Below are positions 20,527 through 29,972 of a stretch of 56,931 bases of DNA, piece by piece. Positions within the stretch are counted from its first letter, which is position 1. The number at the start of each line of letters is the position of its first letter. Source of the DNA: Chromatiales bacterium USCg_Taylor. GTDB lineage: Bacteria; Pseudomonadota; Gammaproteobacteria; JACCXJ01. The translations under genes were made by a program, and so were the position numbers. The notes below the pieces were generated by a model, which had not been told where the DNA came from, did not search any database, and worked only from the letters and a program-made list of their open reading frames with translations. The stretch spans positions 1-56,931 of the forward strand of contig MUGK01000012.1 in NCBI GenBank assembly GCA_002007425.1, written 5' to 3'.

Positions 20527-21753
20527 TCCGCGCTGATTGGTTTGCCGGCAGCTCCAGCAGGGGCATCAGGATGTCCATGACGCGGTCCACGGCGCCCCGG
20601 TTCTCGGCCACCACCGCTTGAGCGCGGCGCCCGGCGGTTGCGCGCAAGTCGAAATCGGCGAGCAAGATCAGGAGCCGGGACAAAAGCTCGTCCGCATCAT
20701 TGACCACCCACGCGGCCTGGGCGGCGGTTAGGAAACCATACACCTCGGTGAAATTGAAGATATGCGGGCCGGTGACCATGGGGATCCCAAGGGCGGCGGG
20801 CTCGAGGGGATTGTGACCGCCCACGGCTACGAGGCTGCCGCCCACGAAGGCCACCTCCGAGAGCGCGTAGAATAACGGCAACTCTCCCATCGTGTCCGCG
20901 AGGAACACGTCCGGCCGCTGGCTCGAAGGGGCGGTGCGCCTTGCGGTCGCGAAGCCGCGCTTCCGGCAGAGATCAAAGACCTTTCCAAAACGCTCGGGGT
21001 GACGCGGCGTCAGCACCAGCAGCAGTCCCGGATCACGCTGGCGCAGGACCGCGAACGCCGATAACACCGCCGCTTCTTCACCTTCGTGGGTGCTGGCGGC
21101 CATCCAAACCCGCCGCCCAGGAGCGATCTCTTGCTTCAACCGCAAGGCGCGACCGCGCCGAGCGCCATGAACCGCTCGGCATCGGCCCGCGATTGCGCGG
21201 CGACCGCGGTGACCGCCGCCAACATCCCGCGCACGCTGCCCGTCCAGCGCCGGTACCGGGAGAACGATCGCTCTGACAACCGCGCGTTGGCGATGAGCAC
21301 GGGGATTCGCGCGCGGCGGCAGCAGTGCAATAGATTGGGCCACAGCTCGGTTTCCATGATCACCAAGGCGGCGGGGCGAGCTCGTTCGATAAAGCGCGCT
21401 AACGCGGTGGGGAGATCGAAGGGCAGGTAGCAATGCCGTACCTCATCCCGAAACAGGCGGCGCACCATGGCCGCTCCGGTGGGGGTCGTGGTGGTCACCA
21501 TGATCGTGATCGGCGGGATGCGCGCCCGCAGTGCATGCACCAGCGCGGAAGCCGCTTGCGCCTCGCCGACCGAGACCGCGTGCAGCCAGAGGTTGGGTCC
21601 AGCCGCGGGGAGCGCCGCCACAAAGCCCAGGCGTTCCCGCCAGCGCTCCCAATAGCCATGGTCGCGCACGCCCAAAAGCGCAAGCCGGACCAATAACAAC
21701 GGCGTCAGGAGATAGAGGACGAGGGTATAGATCCGCCGCAAGCGTTCAGCCAA
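20486..21753 (-). pseudogene. waaA: 3-deoxy-D-manno-octulosonic acid (Kdo) transferase, interrupted by an internal deletion plus frameshift
   Basis: The N-terminal ORF 21136..21753 has LWLHAVSVGEAQAA and runs to AAQSRADAERFMALGA, then reaches a stop after 8 codons. The C-terminal part resumes in another frame at ~21148 as ALRLKQEIAPGRRVWMAASTHEGEE...LTPRHPERF...DTMGEL...GGHNPLEPA. The family segment that normally lies between them (..v.vtGnLKFD.. plus ~15 residues) is absent. Confidence 0.7.
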
Positions 21754-22682
21754 TCGAGATATTTGTTCACGCCTTCTTCCAAGGCGAGGAAGGGCCGATC
21801 GTAACCGAGTGCCCGGAGCGCGCCGAGGTCGGCCTCGGTAAACGCCTGATAATGGTCGATCAGCTCCTTGGGGAAGGGAATGTACTCTATCGTTCCTTTT
21901 CTGTGCCAGGCGATAACCGCCCGGGCCAAGTCATTAAACGACCGGCCGCTGCCGCTGCCGAGGTTGAAAATGCCCGAATGCTCACCATGGTCCAGGAACC
22001 ATAGGCACACGGCAACGACATCGTCGATATAGACGAAATCGCGCCGCTGTTCGCCGTCGCCGAAACCGTGGCTGCCGGAAAAAATTCGCACCGCGCCGTG
22101 CTCCCGCAACTGGCGATCGAGATGATAAACGAGGCTCGCCATCGGTCCTTTATGGCCCTCGCCCGGGCCATAGACGTTAAAAAAGCGCAGTCCCACCACC
22201 TGCGGCGGGAACGTTGGGAGCCAGCGCCGGACATAGTCATCGAAGAGCAGCTTGGAGTACCCATAAACGTTGAGCGGGATCAGCGCGGCTTGCGATTCGG
22301 AAAACGCCTGACTGTGCCCATACACGGCCGCGCTCGAAGCGTAAATCATCCGCACTCCATGTTCCAGGCAGTACTCGAGCAACTCCTTGGAATATTGATA
22401 GTTGTTGCGCAACATGTAGCGCCCGTCCCAGGTGGTGGTTACGGTGCAGGCGCCGCAATGGAATACGATTTCGGGAGAAACACTCAGCTTTCGATTGCGT
22501 CGCAACTCGGCGATGAAATCATCCTTGTCCCAATAATCCCAAATCCGACAGCGGGCTAGGTTATTGAACTTCTCTCCGCGTTCGAGGTTATCGACCACCA
22601 CGATGTCGTCGTGGCCTTTGGCATTCAGCCCTTTAATGAGTTGACTACCGATAAAACCGGCGCCGCCGGTGACCAGGATCAA
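21705..22682 (-). CDS. hldD: ADP-L-glycero-D-manno-heptose 6-epimerase
   Basis: ILVTGGAGFIGSQLIKGLN, YASSAAVYG, YGYSK. The probable start is TTG 22682, overlapping the hldE stop (cTTTGAtc), which gives MILVTGGAG. The track ATG at 22739 would overlap hldE by 61 nt. Confidence 0.9.
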   Translation of the reverse strand: MILVTGGAGFIGSQLIKGLNAKGHDDIVVVDNLERGEKFNNLARCRIWDYWDKDDFIAELRRNRKLSVSPEIVFHCGACTVTTTWDGRYMLRNNYQYSKELLEYCLEHGVRMIYASSAAVYGHSQAFSESQAALIPLNVYGYSKLLFDDYVRRWLPTFPPQVVGLRFFNVYGPGEGHKGPMASLVYHLDRQLREHGAVRIFSGSHGFGDGEQRRDFVYIDDVVAVCLWFLDHGEHSGIFNLGSGSGRSFNDLARAVIAWHRKGTIEYIPFPKELIDHYQAFTEADLGALRALGYDRPFLALEEGVNKYLDWLNACGGSIPSSSIS

Positions 22683-24121
22683 AGCGGCTCGGCCGCGCGC
22701 ACGCGGGCCAACTCCGAGAGGATCCTCGAGGTCGAACACCCTTCTTGGTAACGCAGGGTCACCACCTGCCCGCCCGTGGCGATGACGCAGTCATGCCCTG
22801 CGATCTCCGTGACGGCATAGTCACCGCCCTTGACCAGCACGTCGGGTGATACGCGGCAGATTATCCGCCTCGGGGTGTCTTCCGAGAACGGCACGACCCA
22901 ATCCACCGGCTTCAGCGCAGCGAGGACCGCGATGCGCTGCGCGAGCGGATTAACCGGCCGATCGGCGCCTTTGAGGCGGGCTACCGAGGCATCGTCGTTC
23001 ACCGCTACGACCAAGCGGGTTCCCAATTTTCGCGCCTCATCGAGATAGCGCACGTGACCCGCGTGCAAGACATCGAAGCAACCGTTGGTCATGACGATGC
23101 GCTCGCCACGCGCGCGGGCGAGCGCGATGCGCTGGATTAAGGCCTCTTCGGTCACGACCGCGGCGTCCGTAGCGCCGGCCCCGTTCCAAGACGACTCGAT
23201 CTCCGTTACCGTGACCGCGGCTGCGCCGAGCTTCGCCACGACCAGGCCGGCGGCCACGTTTGCCAGTGCGGTCGCGCGCTGCAGATCGAACCCCGCGGCA
23301 AGACCGGTGGCCAAGACGGCCGCCACGGTATCCCCGGCGCCGGTGACATCGTACACGTCGCGCGCTTTGGCCTCCAAATGGCACGCCTCGCCGTGGCGCG
23401 GAACGAGCGTCATGCCGCGCTCCCCGCGCGTAACCAGCAAGGCTTCGAGATCCATAGCGGAGCAGAGTTCGCGCGCCTTGGCGATGATCTCATCCTCGCT
23501 CGCGCAGGGACCGACAACGGCGCAAAATTCCTTCAGGTTCGGCGTTACGATGGTGGCGCCGGCGTAGCGGGTAAAATCACCACCCTTCGGATCGACCACA
23601 ACCGGCTTTCCGGCGTCACGGGCGAGTTTTATAAGCGTATGTGCATCCGTTAACGCGCCTTTGGCGTAATCTGACAATATCACGATGCCAGCGGCGGGAA
23701 GATGATGAGAAAAATCATGTAAAGGTCCCGCGCTCGTCGGCACGGCTGACGGATCCTCGAAATCGAGCCGTAGCAACTGCTGATGCTGGCTCAATACGCG
23801 GAGTTTGGTGACTGTGGTGAAACCTTCCACGCGGGTCAGGGCACAAATGACGCGGTGCTTTTGGAGCTGTTCCAAGACCCGCTGCGCGGCCTCGTCGACG
23901 CCGGTGATCCCGATGAGCGTGACGCGGGCTCCAAGGCTCGCCACATTTACGGCGACGTTAGCGGCCCCGCCGGGACGATCCTCGCTGTTCGTAATGCGCA
24001 CGACGGGTACCGGCGCCTCGGGCGACACGCGAGTAGTTGCCCCCGACCAATAACGATCGAGAATGACGTCGCCAACCACCAAAACCGAGGCGGTGTGGAA
24101 GGACAGGGACACGATCGCCAC
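22679..24121 (-). CDS. hldE: bifunctional D-beta-D-heptose 7-phosphate kinase / D-beta-D-heptose 1-phosphate adenylyltransferase
   Basis: The N-terminus is a ribokinase-like domain (VLVVGDVILDRYW, DVTGAGDTV). The C-terminus is a cytidylyltransferase-like domain (TNGCFDVLHAGHVRYL). 480 aa. Confidence 0.95.
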   Translation of the reverse strand: MAIVSLSFHTASVLVVGDVILDRYWSGATTRVSPEAPVPVVRITNSEDRPGGAANVAVNVASLGARVTLIGITGVDEAAQRVLEQLQKHRVICALTRVEGFTTVTKLRVLSQHQQLLRLDFEDPSAVPTSAGPLHDFSHHLPAAGIVILSDYAKGALTDAHTLIKLARDAGKPVVVDPKGGDFTRYAGATIVTPNLKEFCAVVGPCASEDEIIAKARELCSAMDLEALLVTRGERGMTLVPRHGEACHLEAKARDVYDVTGAGDTVAAVLATGLAAGFDLQRATALANVAAGLVVAKLGAAAVTVTEIESSWNGAGATDAAVVTEEALIQRIALARARGERIVMTNGCFDVLHAGHVRYLDEARKLGTRLVVAVNDDASVARLKGADRPVNPLAQRIAVLAALKPVDWVVPFSEDTPRRIICRVSPDVLVKGGDYAVTEIAGHDCVIATGGQVVTLRYQEGCSTSRILSELARVRAAEPL

Positions 24122-24298
24122 CGGTTTGTCGTCGCTAAGGAGAATCTAACAGCGCGAATGGACTGCGGGAATAGTACCATACAGCCTGGCGGCGGTCGGC
24201 AAATCGAAGCATACCGAAGTCGGACCGTAGCCAACTTGCGGCGGTCACGAGATGCTTTTAGAGTGACCGATACGAATCGTCGGCCATTAACTAACGCC

Positions 24299-25006
24299 AT
24301 GCTTCGCTCCTTCCTCCGCGCGATCTCCATCAACCTTCTCGTTTCGCTCGCGGCGTTCGCTGAAATCCCGAAGCCCTTCGCCGTCTCCTACTCGTTGCAC
24401 ACGAACGGTCTTAAGGTGGGCGAGTCCGTGCGTATACTAGAGAAAGGAAAGACAGGGCGGTATGTTTTTCGTTCCGAAAGCCGCTCCAGCGGGATCCTCG
24501 CGCTCTTCCTTAACGATCATGTCGTCGAAAAGAGCACCTGGTCGCTTTCCGGAGAAGACATCCATCCGCTACGCTACAGCTATCGTCAAAGCGGAAGTAA
24601 AAACAGCGTCCAAACCGTACGTTTCGACTGGCGTGCCAAAACGATTGATAGCCGCGAGGATAACAAGACTTGGCGCTTACCCTTGACGCCGAACCTATTC
24701 GACAATTTGGTATACCAGATCGCCATCATGCGCGAGATTGTCGATGGCGGCGAAATCAAATATTACCGCTTTGCGTATGTCGGCGAGGAAATGGTGGATA
24801 CGCCGCTTGGAAAGGTACGCGCCGTCAGACTCGAACGCCGGAAAGAAAAGAATAACAGTAAACGTTCGACAACATTCTGGTGCGCGATTCGGTGGCGGTA
24901 TTTACCCGTGCGCGTGGACACCACGTCGAGAAACGGCAGGCGCATCACGGCCCTTATCGAACGGGGTAGCGGTATTCCCGAAACCCCCGGCGCGACGAAT
25001 CAATAA
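24299..25006 (+). CDS. DUF3108 domain-containing protein (exported)
   Basis: ATG 24299 gives the signal-like MLRSFLRAISINLLVSLAAFA. The body is beta-rich and has a DUF3108-like layout (YSLHTNGLKVGES..., W..R.YLPVRV). The upstream part of track ORF 23783.. is antisense to hldE and is discarded. Confidence 0.65.
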   Translation: MLRSFLRAISINLLVSLAAFAEIPKPFAVSYSLHTNGLKVGESVRILEKGKTGRYVFRSESRSSGILALFLNDHVVEKSTWSLSGEDIHPLRYSYRQSGSKNSVQTVRFDWRAKTIDSREDNKTWRLPLTPNLFDNLVYQIAIMREIVDGGEIKYYRFAYVGEEMVDTPLGKVRAVRLERRKEKNNSKRSTTFWCAIRWRYLPVRVDTTSRNGRRITALIERGSGIPETPGATNQ

Positions 25007-25057
25007 CGCCCTGAGCGGAAACGGTTCCGTGGGCCGCGTCGGCTCGCCGTTCGGTGG

Positions 25058-25780
25058 TTACGATCGGCCCTTCCTGACGTGTTGAATCAGTTGCTCCGCC
25101 GGAACGTAGCCCCCCAACTCCTGCCCGTCTTCGCTGATGAGGGCGGGCGTACCCCTCACCCCCATGCGCGTTCCGAGCTCGTAATGCGCCTTAACAGGAT
25201 TATCGCAAGTCGCCGCTGGCACGGGCTTGCCGGCTTTGGCCTCGGTCAGGGCCGCGTTTCGGTCCGCAGCACACCAGACCGATTCCGATTTCTTGAAGGT
25301 TTCCGAATCTACGCCCGCGCGTGGAAATGCGAGATACCGGACCGCGATACCCGCCGCGTTCAAGGTCCCGACTTCCTGGTGGAATTTACGGCAGTAGCCG
25401 CAATCGACATCGGTATAAACGTACAACACGTGCTGGGTGTCCGGCGGCGCAAACTCGATCATGGTATTGGGTGGGACTGTCTTTAAGCCTGTAATCCGCG
25501 CCTGAGCCCGCCGCTCGTCGCTGATATTCCTTTTGTCCTTGAGATCCATGAGATCGCCTTTTAATATGAAGCGTCCGTTATCGGAAACATAGATCACCTC
25601 TCCTCCGAGCACGACTTCGTGCATCCCCTTGAGCGGCGCCGGTCGTATCGACGCTATCTCGATCCCTGGTAAGGCTTCGCCAAGAACAGACCTAAGCCTT
25701 TGTTCCACCGAGGTATCCGCCAAGACGGCGGCATGTGCGACGGACACGGCTCCCGCTACGATGGCCACTAGTATACGCAT
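25058..25780 (-). CDS. dsbC: thiol:disulfide interchange protein DsbC
   Basis: Signal peptide MRILVAIVAGAVSVAHA, N-terminal dimerisation region, thioredoxin fold with YTDVDCGYCRKFH, and GTPALI. Confidence 0.85.
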   Translation of the reverse strand: MRILVAIVAGAVSVAHAAVLADTSVEQRLRSVLGEALPGIEIASIRPAPLKGMHEVVLGGEVIYVSDNGRFILKGDLMDLKDKRNISDERRAQARITGLKTVPPNTMIEFAPPDTQHVLYVYTDVDCGYCRKFHQEVGTLNAAGIAVRYLAFPRAGVDSETFKKSESVWCAADRNAALTEAKAGKPVPAATCDNPVKAHYELGTRMGVRGTPALISEDGQELGGYVPAEQLIQHVRKGRS

Positions 25781-25957
25781 CTCATATTCCTCGCTTTCGT
25801 TTCCCCAGACGGAGTACTTCCTTCTGACCTTATATTAATCAAGTATGTTCCTATCACGCCCGGCAACCTCAGTTGGCGCGGAAGGCGTGAACGTTTTTAA
25901 AAGGACCCGCGTAACAGCCGATATACACCCGCACAGAGCCAGGACGCCCTACCAACG

Positions 25958-26824
25958 ATGACACCGGAAGCCCAAACCCAAAGTTGCGAGATAACGCTGA
26001 GTAAATACCGGCTCCTACGAGAGATTGGCCGTGGCAACATGGGCAGCGTCTATCTTGGCCGGGGTCTATTCATCGACCGTTTTATCGCCGTGAAAGTTGC
26101 GCATCAAGAGCGCTTAACTTGCCCGGAAACCAGCCAGGTTTTTCAGCAACTTTTTTTTAACGAGGCCAGAACCGCCGGGATGCTGATGCACCCGAATATT
26201 ACCGCGATCTTTGATGCCGGCATAGAAGGATATACCCATTACATCGTGATGGAGTACGTACCTGGCGGCCAGACCCTGGCCGATTTCTGCAATGTTCACA
26301 AACTCCTCTCGCTCGACGGGCTGATCCGCATCTTTTACCGCTGCGCCCTGGCGCTCGATTATGCCCACAAGAAGGGCGTGGTACACCGGGATATTAAGCC
26401 CAAGAACATCCTTCTTACCCCCGAACAAGACGTAAAAATCTCGGACTTCGGTATCGCGGTGTCCGCCGAAGGAGTCGATCCCGCCACACTCGATCTCGCC
26501 GGCTCCCCGCTCTACATGTCTCCCGAGCAGGTCAAGCACGAGCCGCTCACCGGGCAGAGCGATCTGTTTTCGCTTGGCGTGGTGATGTACCGCGCTTTGA
26601 CCGGTAAACACCCGTTCATGGCCGATAAGATCGCCGCAATCAATCTCATGACCTTGAACGCTGAGCCGGCGCCGCTGCGGCAAGTTCGATCAGATCTCCC
26701 GGAGATCATGGAACGCATCGTCAAACGCGCCATGGCCAAGGACCCCGCGCGGCGCTACAAGACCGGCATCGACATCGCGGGTGATCTTACCTTGGTGTTA
26801 GACCAAGTCCAGTTCGCATCCTGA
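25958..26824 (+). CDS. Hanks-type Ser/Thr protein kinase (kinase domain only), paralogue of 10987..11847
   Basis: GRGNMGSVYLG, AVKV, HRDIKPKNILL, DFG, SPLYMSPEQ, DLFSLGVMYRAL. 288 aa, with no TM or sensor domain. Confidence 0.9.
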   Translation: MTPEAQTQSCEITLSKYRLLREIGRGNMGSVYLGRGLFIDRFIAVKVAHQERLTCPETSQVFQQLFFNEARTAGMLMHPNITAIFDAGIEGYTHYIVMEYVPGGQTLADFCNVHKLLSLDGLIRIFYRCALALDYAHKKGVVHRDIKPKNILLTPEQDVKISDFGIAVSAEGVDPATLDLAGSPLYMSPEQVKHEPLTGQSDLFSLGVVMYRALTGKHPFMADKIAAINLMTLNAEPAPLRQVRSDLPEIMERIVKRAMAKDPARRYKTGIDIAGDLTLVLDQVQFAS

Positions 26825-26849
26825 CGCATTCAGTTTTTAAGCCCGACTG

Positions 26850-27764
26850 CTAACCGCGCGGATGGTGCGCCGCGTGCAGTTCCTTGAGCCGGCTTCGCGC
26901 CACGTGGGTATAGATTTGTGTCGTCGCGATGTCGCTATGTCCGAGGAGGAGTTGCACGACGCGAAGATCCGCGCCGTGATTCAAGAGGTGAGTCGCGAAC
27001 GCATGCCGCAAGGTGTGCGGAGAGATAGGTCTGTGAATTCCAGCCCGCCATGCATACCGCTTAACCATTTTCCAGAAAGCCTGCCGCGTGATGCTTTGGC
27101 CGCGCTTTTTTATGAACAGAACTTCCGCCCCCCGGCCTGCTAGCAATTCCGGGCGAGCGAAATCGAGATACCGCGTGAGGATCCCCGATGCGGTTTCACC
27201 CATCGGCACCAGCCGTTCTTTGTTTCCCTTGCCCGTCACGCGCAACACACCTTGCCGTAGATTGATCTGGCTGCAGGTGAGCGTGACCAGCTCCGACACC
27301 CGCAAACCCGTTGCGTAGATAAGCTCAAGCATCGCTTGGTCGCGCATGCCGATGGGCTTGTCGTCATCGGGCGCCCGCAGCAGGGCATCCACCTCCGCTT
27401 CCGACAAGGTTCCGGGCAGCGACCGCCCTAATCGCGGTCCTTGCACTCGATCCGTGGGATCCTCTTTCACCAAGCCTAACCGTGATAGGTGCTGATAAAA
27501 GGCCCGCAAGCTCGATAGCCGGCGCGCCGTGGTCCTTGCCGACACGCCACTGCCGAGATATCGCAACAGATCGCCGCGATCCACGCAATGAAGATCGCGC
27601 GCCTCTTTTCTTAACCAACGGCTAAAGGCGGTGAGATCCGAACGATAGGCACTTAGCGTATGATTGGCTAGCCCGCGTTCCATCCAGAGGCCATCGAGAA
27701 AACGCTCGATGACCGCCACATCGGCCGCTTCGCGCACGGTTTCAATACCCGGTGCCGGGCTCAT
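26850..27764 (-). CDS. xerD: site-specific tyrosine recombinase XerD
   Basis: GLRVSELVTL, HTLRHAFATHLLNHGADLRVVQLLLGHSDIATTQIYTHVARSRLKELHAAHHPRG (XerD-type C-terminus). The neighbouring dsbC fits the conserved xerD-dsbC pairing. Confidence 0.9.
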   Translation of the reverse strand: MSPAPGIETVREAADVAVIERFLDGLWMERGLANHTLSAYRSDLTAFSRWLRKEARDLHCVDRGDLLRYLGSGVSARTTARRLSSLRAFYQHLSRLGLVKEDPTDRVQGPRLGRSLPGTLSEAEVDALLRAPDDDKPIGMRDQAMLELIYATGLRVSELVTLTCSQINLRQGVLRVTGKGNKERLVPMGETASGILTRYLDFARPELLAGRGAEVLFIKKRGQSITRQAFWKMVKRYAWRAGIHRPISPHTLRHAFATHLLNHGADLRVVQLLLGHSDIATTQIYTHVARSRLKELHAAHHPRG

Positions 27765-27869
27765 GGATGAGGAGCCAGCGCTTGATTTCAGGTGATCGAT
27801 CGGCGCCGCCGGTATAGCCGCCGAGACCCACGGAGGACACCACGCCGTCGTCCATTGCCTAGGTCCGCT

Positions 27870-28223
27870 CTATTGGCGCTTTATCTTTTCCTTAATTCTG
27901 GCCGCCTTACCGCTTAGTTTACGCGTGTAATATAGCTTGGCCCGGCGCACGTCGCCGCGACGTTTAACGACGATCTCCTGGAGCAGAGGGCTATACAAGG
28001 GGAACACACGTTCCACGCCTTCGCCGTGCGATATCTTGCGTACCGTGAGTGACGAGTTAAAACCACGATTTCGCCTCGCGATCACGACCCCTTCGAACGC
28101 TTGCAGGCGCTCCCTGTCGCCCTCTTTGACCTTCACCTGGACAACGACGGTGTCCCCCGGACGAAAATCGGGCACCTTGCGGTCCATGGCCGCGGATTCT
28201 AACTGGCTGACTATGTGATTCAT
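27870..28223 (-). CDS. rplS: 50S ribosomal protein L19
   Basis: MNHIVSQLE...[35 protein letters not shown]...FTVRK-like block. ATG 28223 gives 117 aa. Confidence 0.95.
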   Translation of the reverse strand: MNHIVSQLESAAMDRKVPDFRPGDTVVVQVKVKEGDRERLQAFEGVVIARRNRGFNSSLTVRKISHGEGVERVFPLYSPLLQEIVVKRRGDVRRAKLYYTRKLSGKAARIKEKIKRQ

Positions 28224-28280
28224 GAGCGAGCTTCCTACCGATTCATCTTGTTGCCATGTTAGCATGCCGGCGCCTTGCGT

Positions 28281-29057
28281 TTACGATCCCTTGAAATTGC
28301 CGCTGCTAGCACCCGTTTTGGCCCGTTCAGTGACAAATTCATCCAGTAATTCTTGCTCTTCGATCCGCAACGCCCTATTTTTAAGCAGATCCGGACGCCG
28401 ACACCAGGTTCGTCCCAAGGCCTGTTTTAAGCGCCAGCGGCGGGTCGCCTCGTGGTTACCGCTGAGCAATACCGGCGGCACGGCCCTGTCATCGATATTT
28501 TCCGGCCTGGTGTAATGGGGATAATCCAAGAGACCGGTGTAAAACGAGTCCTCGCGGGCCGAGTCTTGGTGACCCAAGGCTCCCGGTAACAGGCGCACCA
28601 GCGCGTCGATTAACACCATGACCGCCAGCTCGCCCCCGCTGATGACATAATCTCCAATCGAGCATTCCTCGTCGACTTCCGCCTCGATCAAGCGTTCGTC
28701 GATACCCTCGTAGCGGCCCGCCACGAGCATCAACTTGCCGCGCGCGGCCAATTCTGCCAGGTAGGTCTGATCCAAACGCCGCCCTTGCGGTGTCATGGCG
28801 ACCACCCAAGCGTCGTCCCCAAGCCACGCCGCCGCGGCGCGGATCGCGTCCCGCAGCGGCTCATACATCATCACCATGCCCGGCCCGCCGCCGTAGGGGC
28901 GATCATCGACGCTGCGGTGCTTGTCGCGGGTAAACTCCCTAGGATCCCAGAGACGCAGTTGGACCAGACCCCGCTCGACCGCTCGGCCGCTGATCCCATA
29001 TCCCGTGAGCGCATGGAGCATCTCGGGAAATAGCGTCACGACCCCAAGGTGTAGCAT
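28281..29057 (-). CDS. trmD: tRNA (guanine37-N1)-methyltransferase
   Basis: [51 protein letters not shown]. Confidence 0.95.
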   Translation of the reverse strand: MLHLGVVTLFPEMLHALTGYGISGRAVERGLVQLRLWDPREFTRDKHRSVDDRPYGGGPGMVMMYEPLRDAIRAAAAWLGDDAWVVAMTPQGRRLDQTYLAELAARGKLMLVAGRYEGIDERLIEAEVDEECSIGDYVISGGELAVMVLIDALVRLLPGALGHQDSAREDSFYTGLLDYPHYTRPENIDDRAVPPVLLSGNHEATRRWRLKQALGRTWCRRPDLLKNRALRIEEQELLDEFVTERAKTGASSGNFKGS

Positions 29058-29115
29058 GCAAATTTATTCCCCGCAGACTTGCGGAGGGATCGTAGCCGTG
29101 GGGTTTGAAATTTGA

Positions 29116-29625
29116 TTACTCGAGGTCCCAATTAATTTCGATCCGGGAATGTTCCAAATCCACGCTTTTCACGTAGATACCGAGCACATAGGGTATCAGG
29201 TGCTCGCGGCGTCCCCTAACCACAAGTACATCGTTGGCGCCGGTCGCGATGACATCCACGACCTGACCGAGCGGCGCGCCATCCTCCTCGACCGCGTCGA
29301 GGCCGATGAGATCGTGCCAATAATGCTCCCCAAGAGGCAGTACCGGAAACTGGCTGCGGCGCACCGCGATGGGGACCCCCATGAGCCGCTGCCCGTCTTC
29401 GGGGGCCGAATGATGCGCGAATCGCGCGATCAATCCCTTACCCTTGACGGTTGCGCTTTCAGGCGCTATTTCGCGCCATTCGCCCTCAAAGCACCCATAC
29501 CAGGGCGCGTACCGCAAGATGCCTTCCCGCGGATGCGTGTACGATAAAACTTTTACATCGCCTCGCAGGCCGTGGATCCCCACGAAACGGCCTACGACGA
29601 CGAAACCGTCAACAACTCCTGCCAT
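29116..29625 (-). CDS. rimM: ribosome maturation factor RimM
   Basis: GIHGLRGDVKV, PRC-barrel C-terminus, and its position between rpsP and trmD. Confidence 0.9.
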   Translation of the reverse strand: MAGVVDGFVVVGRFVGIHGLRGDVKVLSYTHPREGILRYAPWYGCFEGEWREIAPESATVKGKGLIARFAHHSAPEDGQRLMGVPIAVRRSQFPVLPLGEHYWHDLIGLDAVEEDGAPLGQVVDVIATGANDVLVVRGRREHLIPYVLGIYVKSVDLEHSRIEINWDLE

Positions 29626-29663
29626 CGCTCAGCGCATTCTAAACCGCGGCGATGAGAACCCGT

Positions 29664-29909
29664 TTACGCAGCGGAACCGTGCTTCATCAAAGTGGCGACG
29701 CGCTCGGAAACCTTGGCGCCCTTGGAAATCCAATAGCCAGCGCGTTCTTTATCGATACGCAGGCTGCTGTCGCTCAAGGCCGCGAGCGGATCGAAGAAAC
29801 CTACGCGCTCAAGGTAACGCCCGTCGCGCTGGTTGCGGCTGTCGGTGACTACGATGTGGTAGAAAGGCCTTTTCTTGGTGCCGTGCCGGCTCAAACGAAT
29901 GCTAACCAT
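29664..29909 (-). CDS. rpsP: 30S ribosomal protein S16
   Basis: MVSIRLSRHGTKKRPFYHIVVTDSRNQRDGRYLERVGFFDP. Confidence 0.95.
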   Translation of the reverse strand: MVSIRLSRHGTKKRPFYHIVVTDSRNQRDGRYLERVGFFDPLAALSDSSLRIDKERAGYWISKGAKVSERVATLMKHGSAA

Positions 29910-29972
29910 GTCGATCCTAACCGCTTCAGTTTAATGATTCTGTTCCCGCTCCACGCACAACCGCGCCGCGTT

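Noticed and set aside
23783-24298. N-terminal 172 codons of track ORF 23783..25006.
   Set aside because: This part is antisense to hldE and has no protein-like features. The DUF3108 protein starts convincingly at ATG 24299 with a signal peptide.
29910-29972. rpsP operon placed directly after pnp with no ffh nearby; the 63-nt spacer was checked for a terminator or promoter.
   Set aside because: No clear hairpin plus U-tract or promoter consensus is visible. The gene order difference is an ordinary rearrangement.
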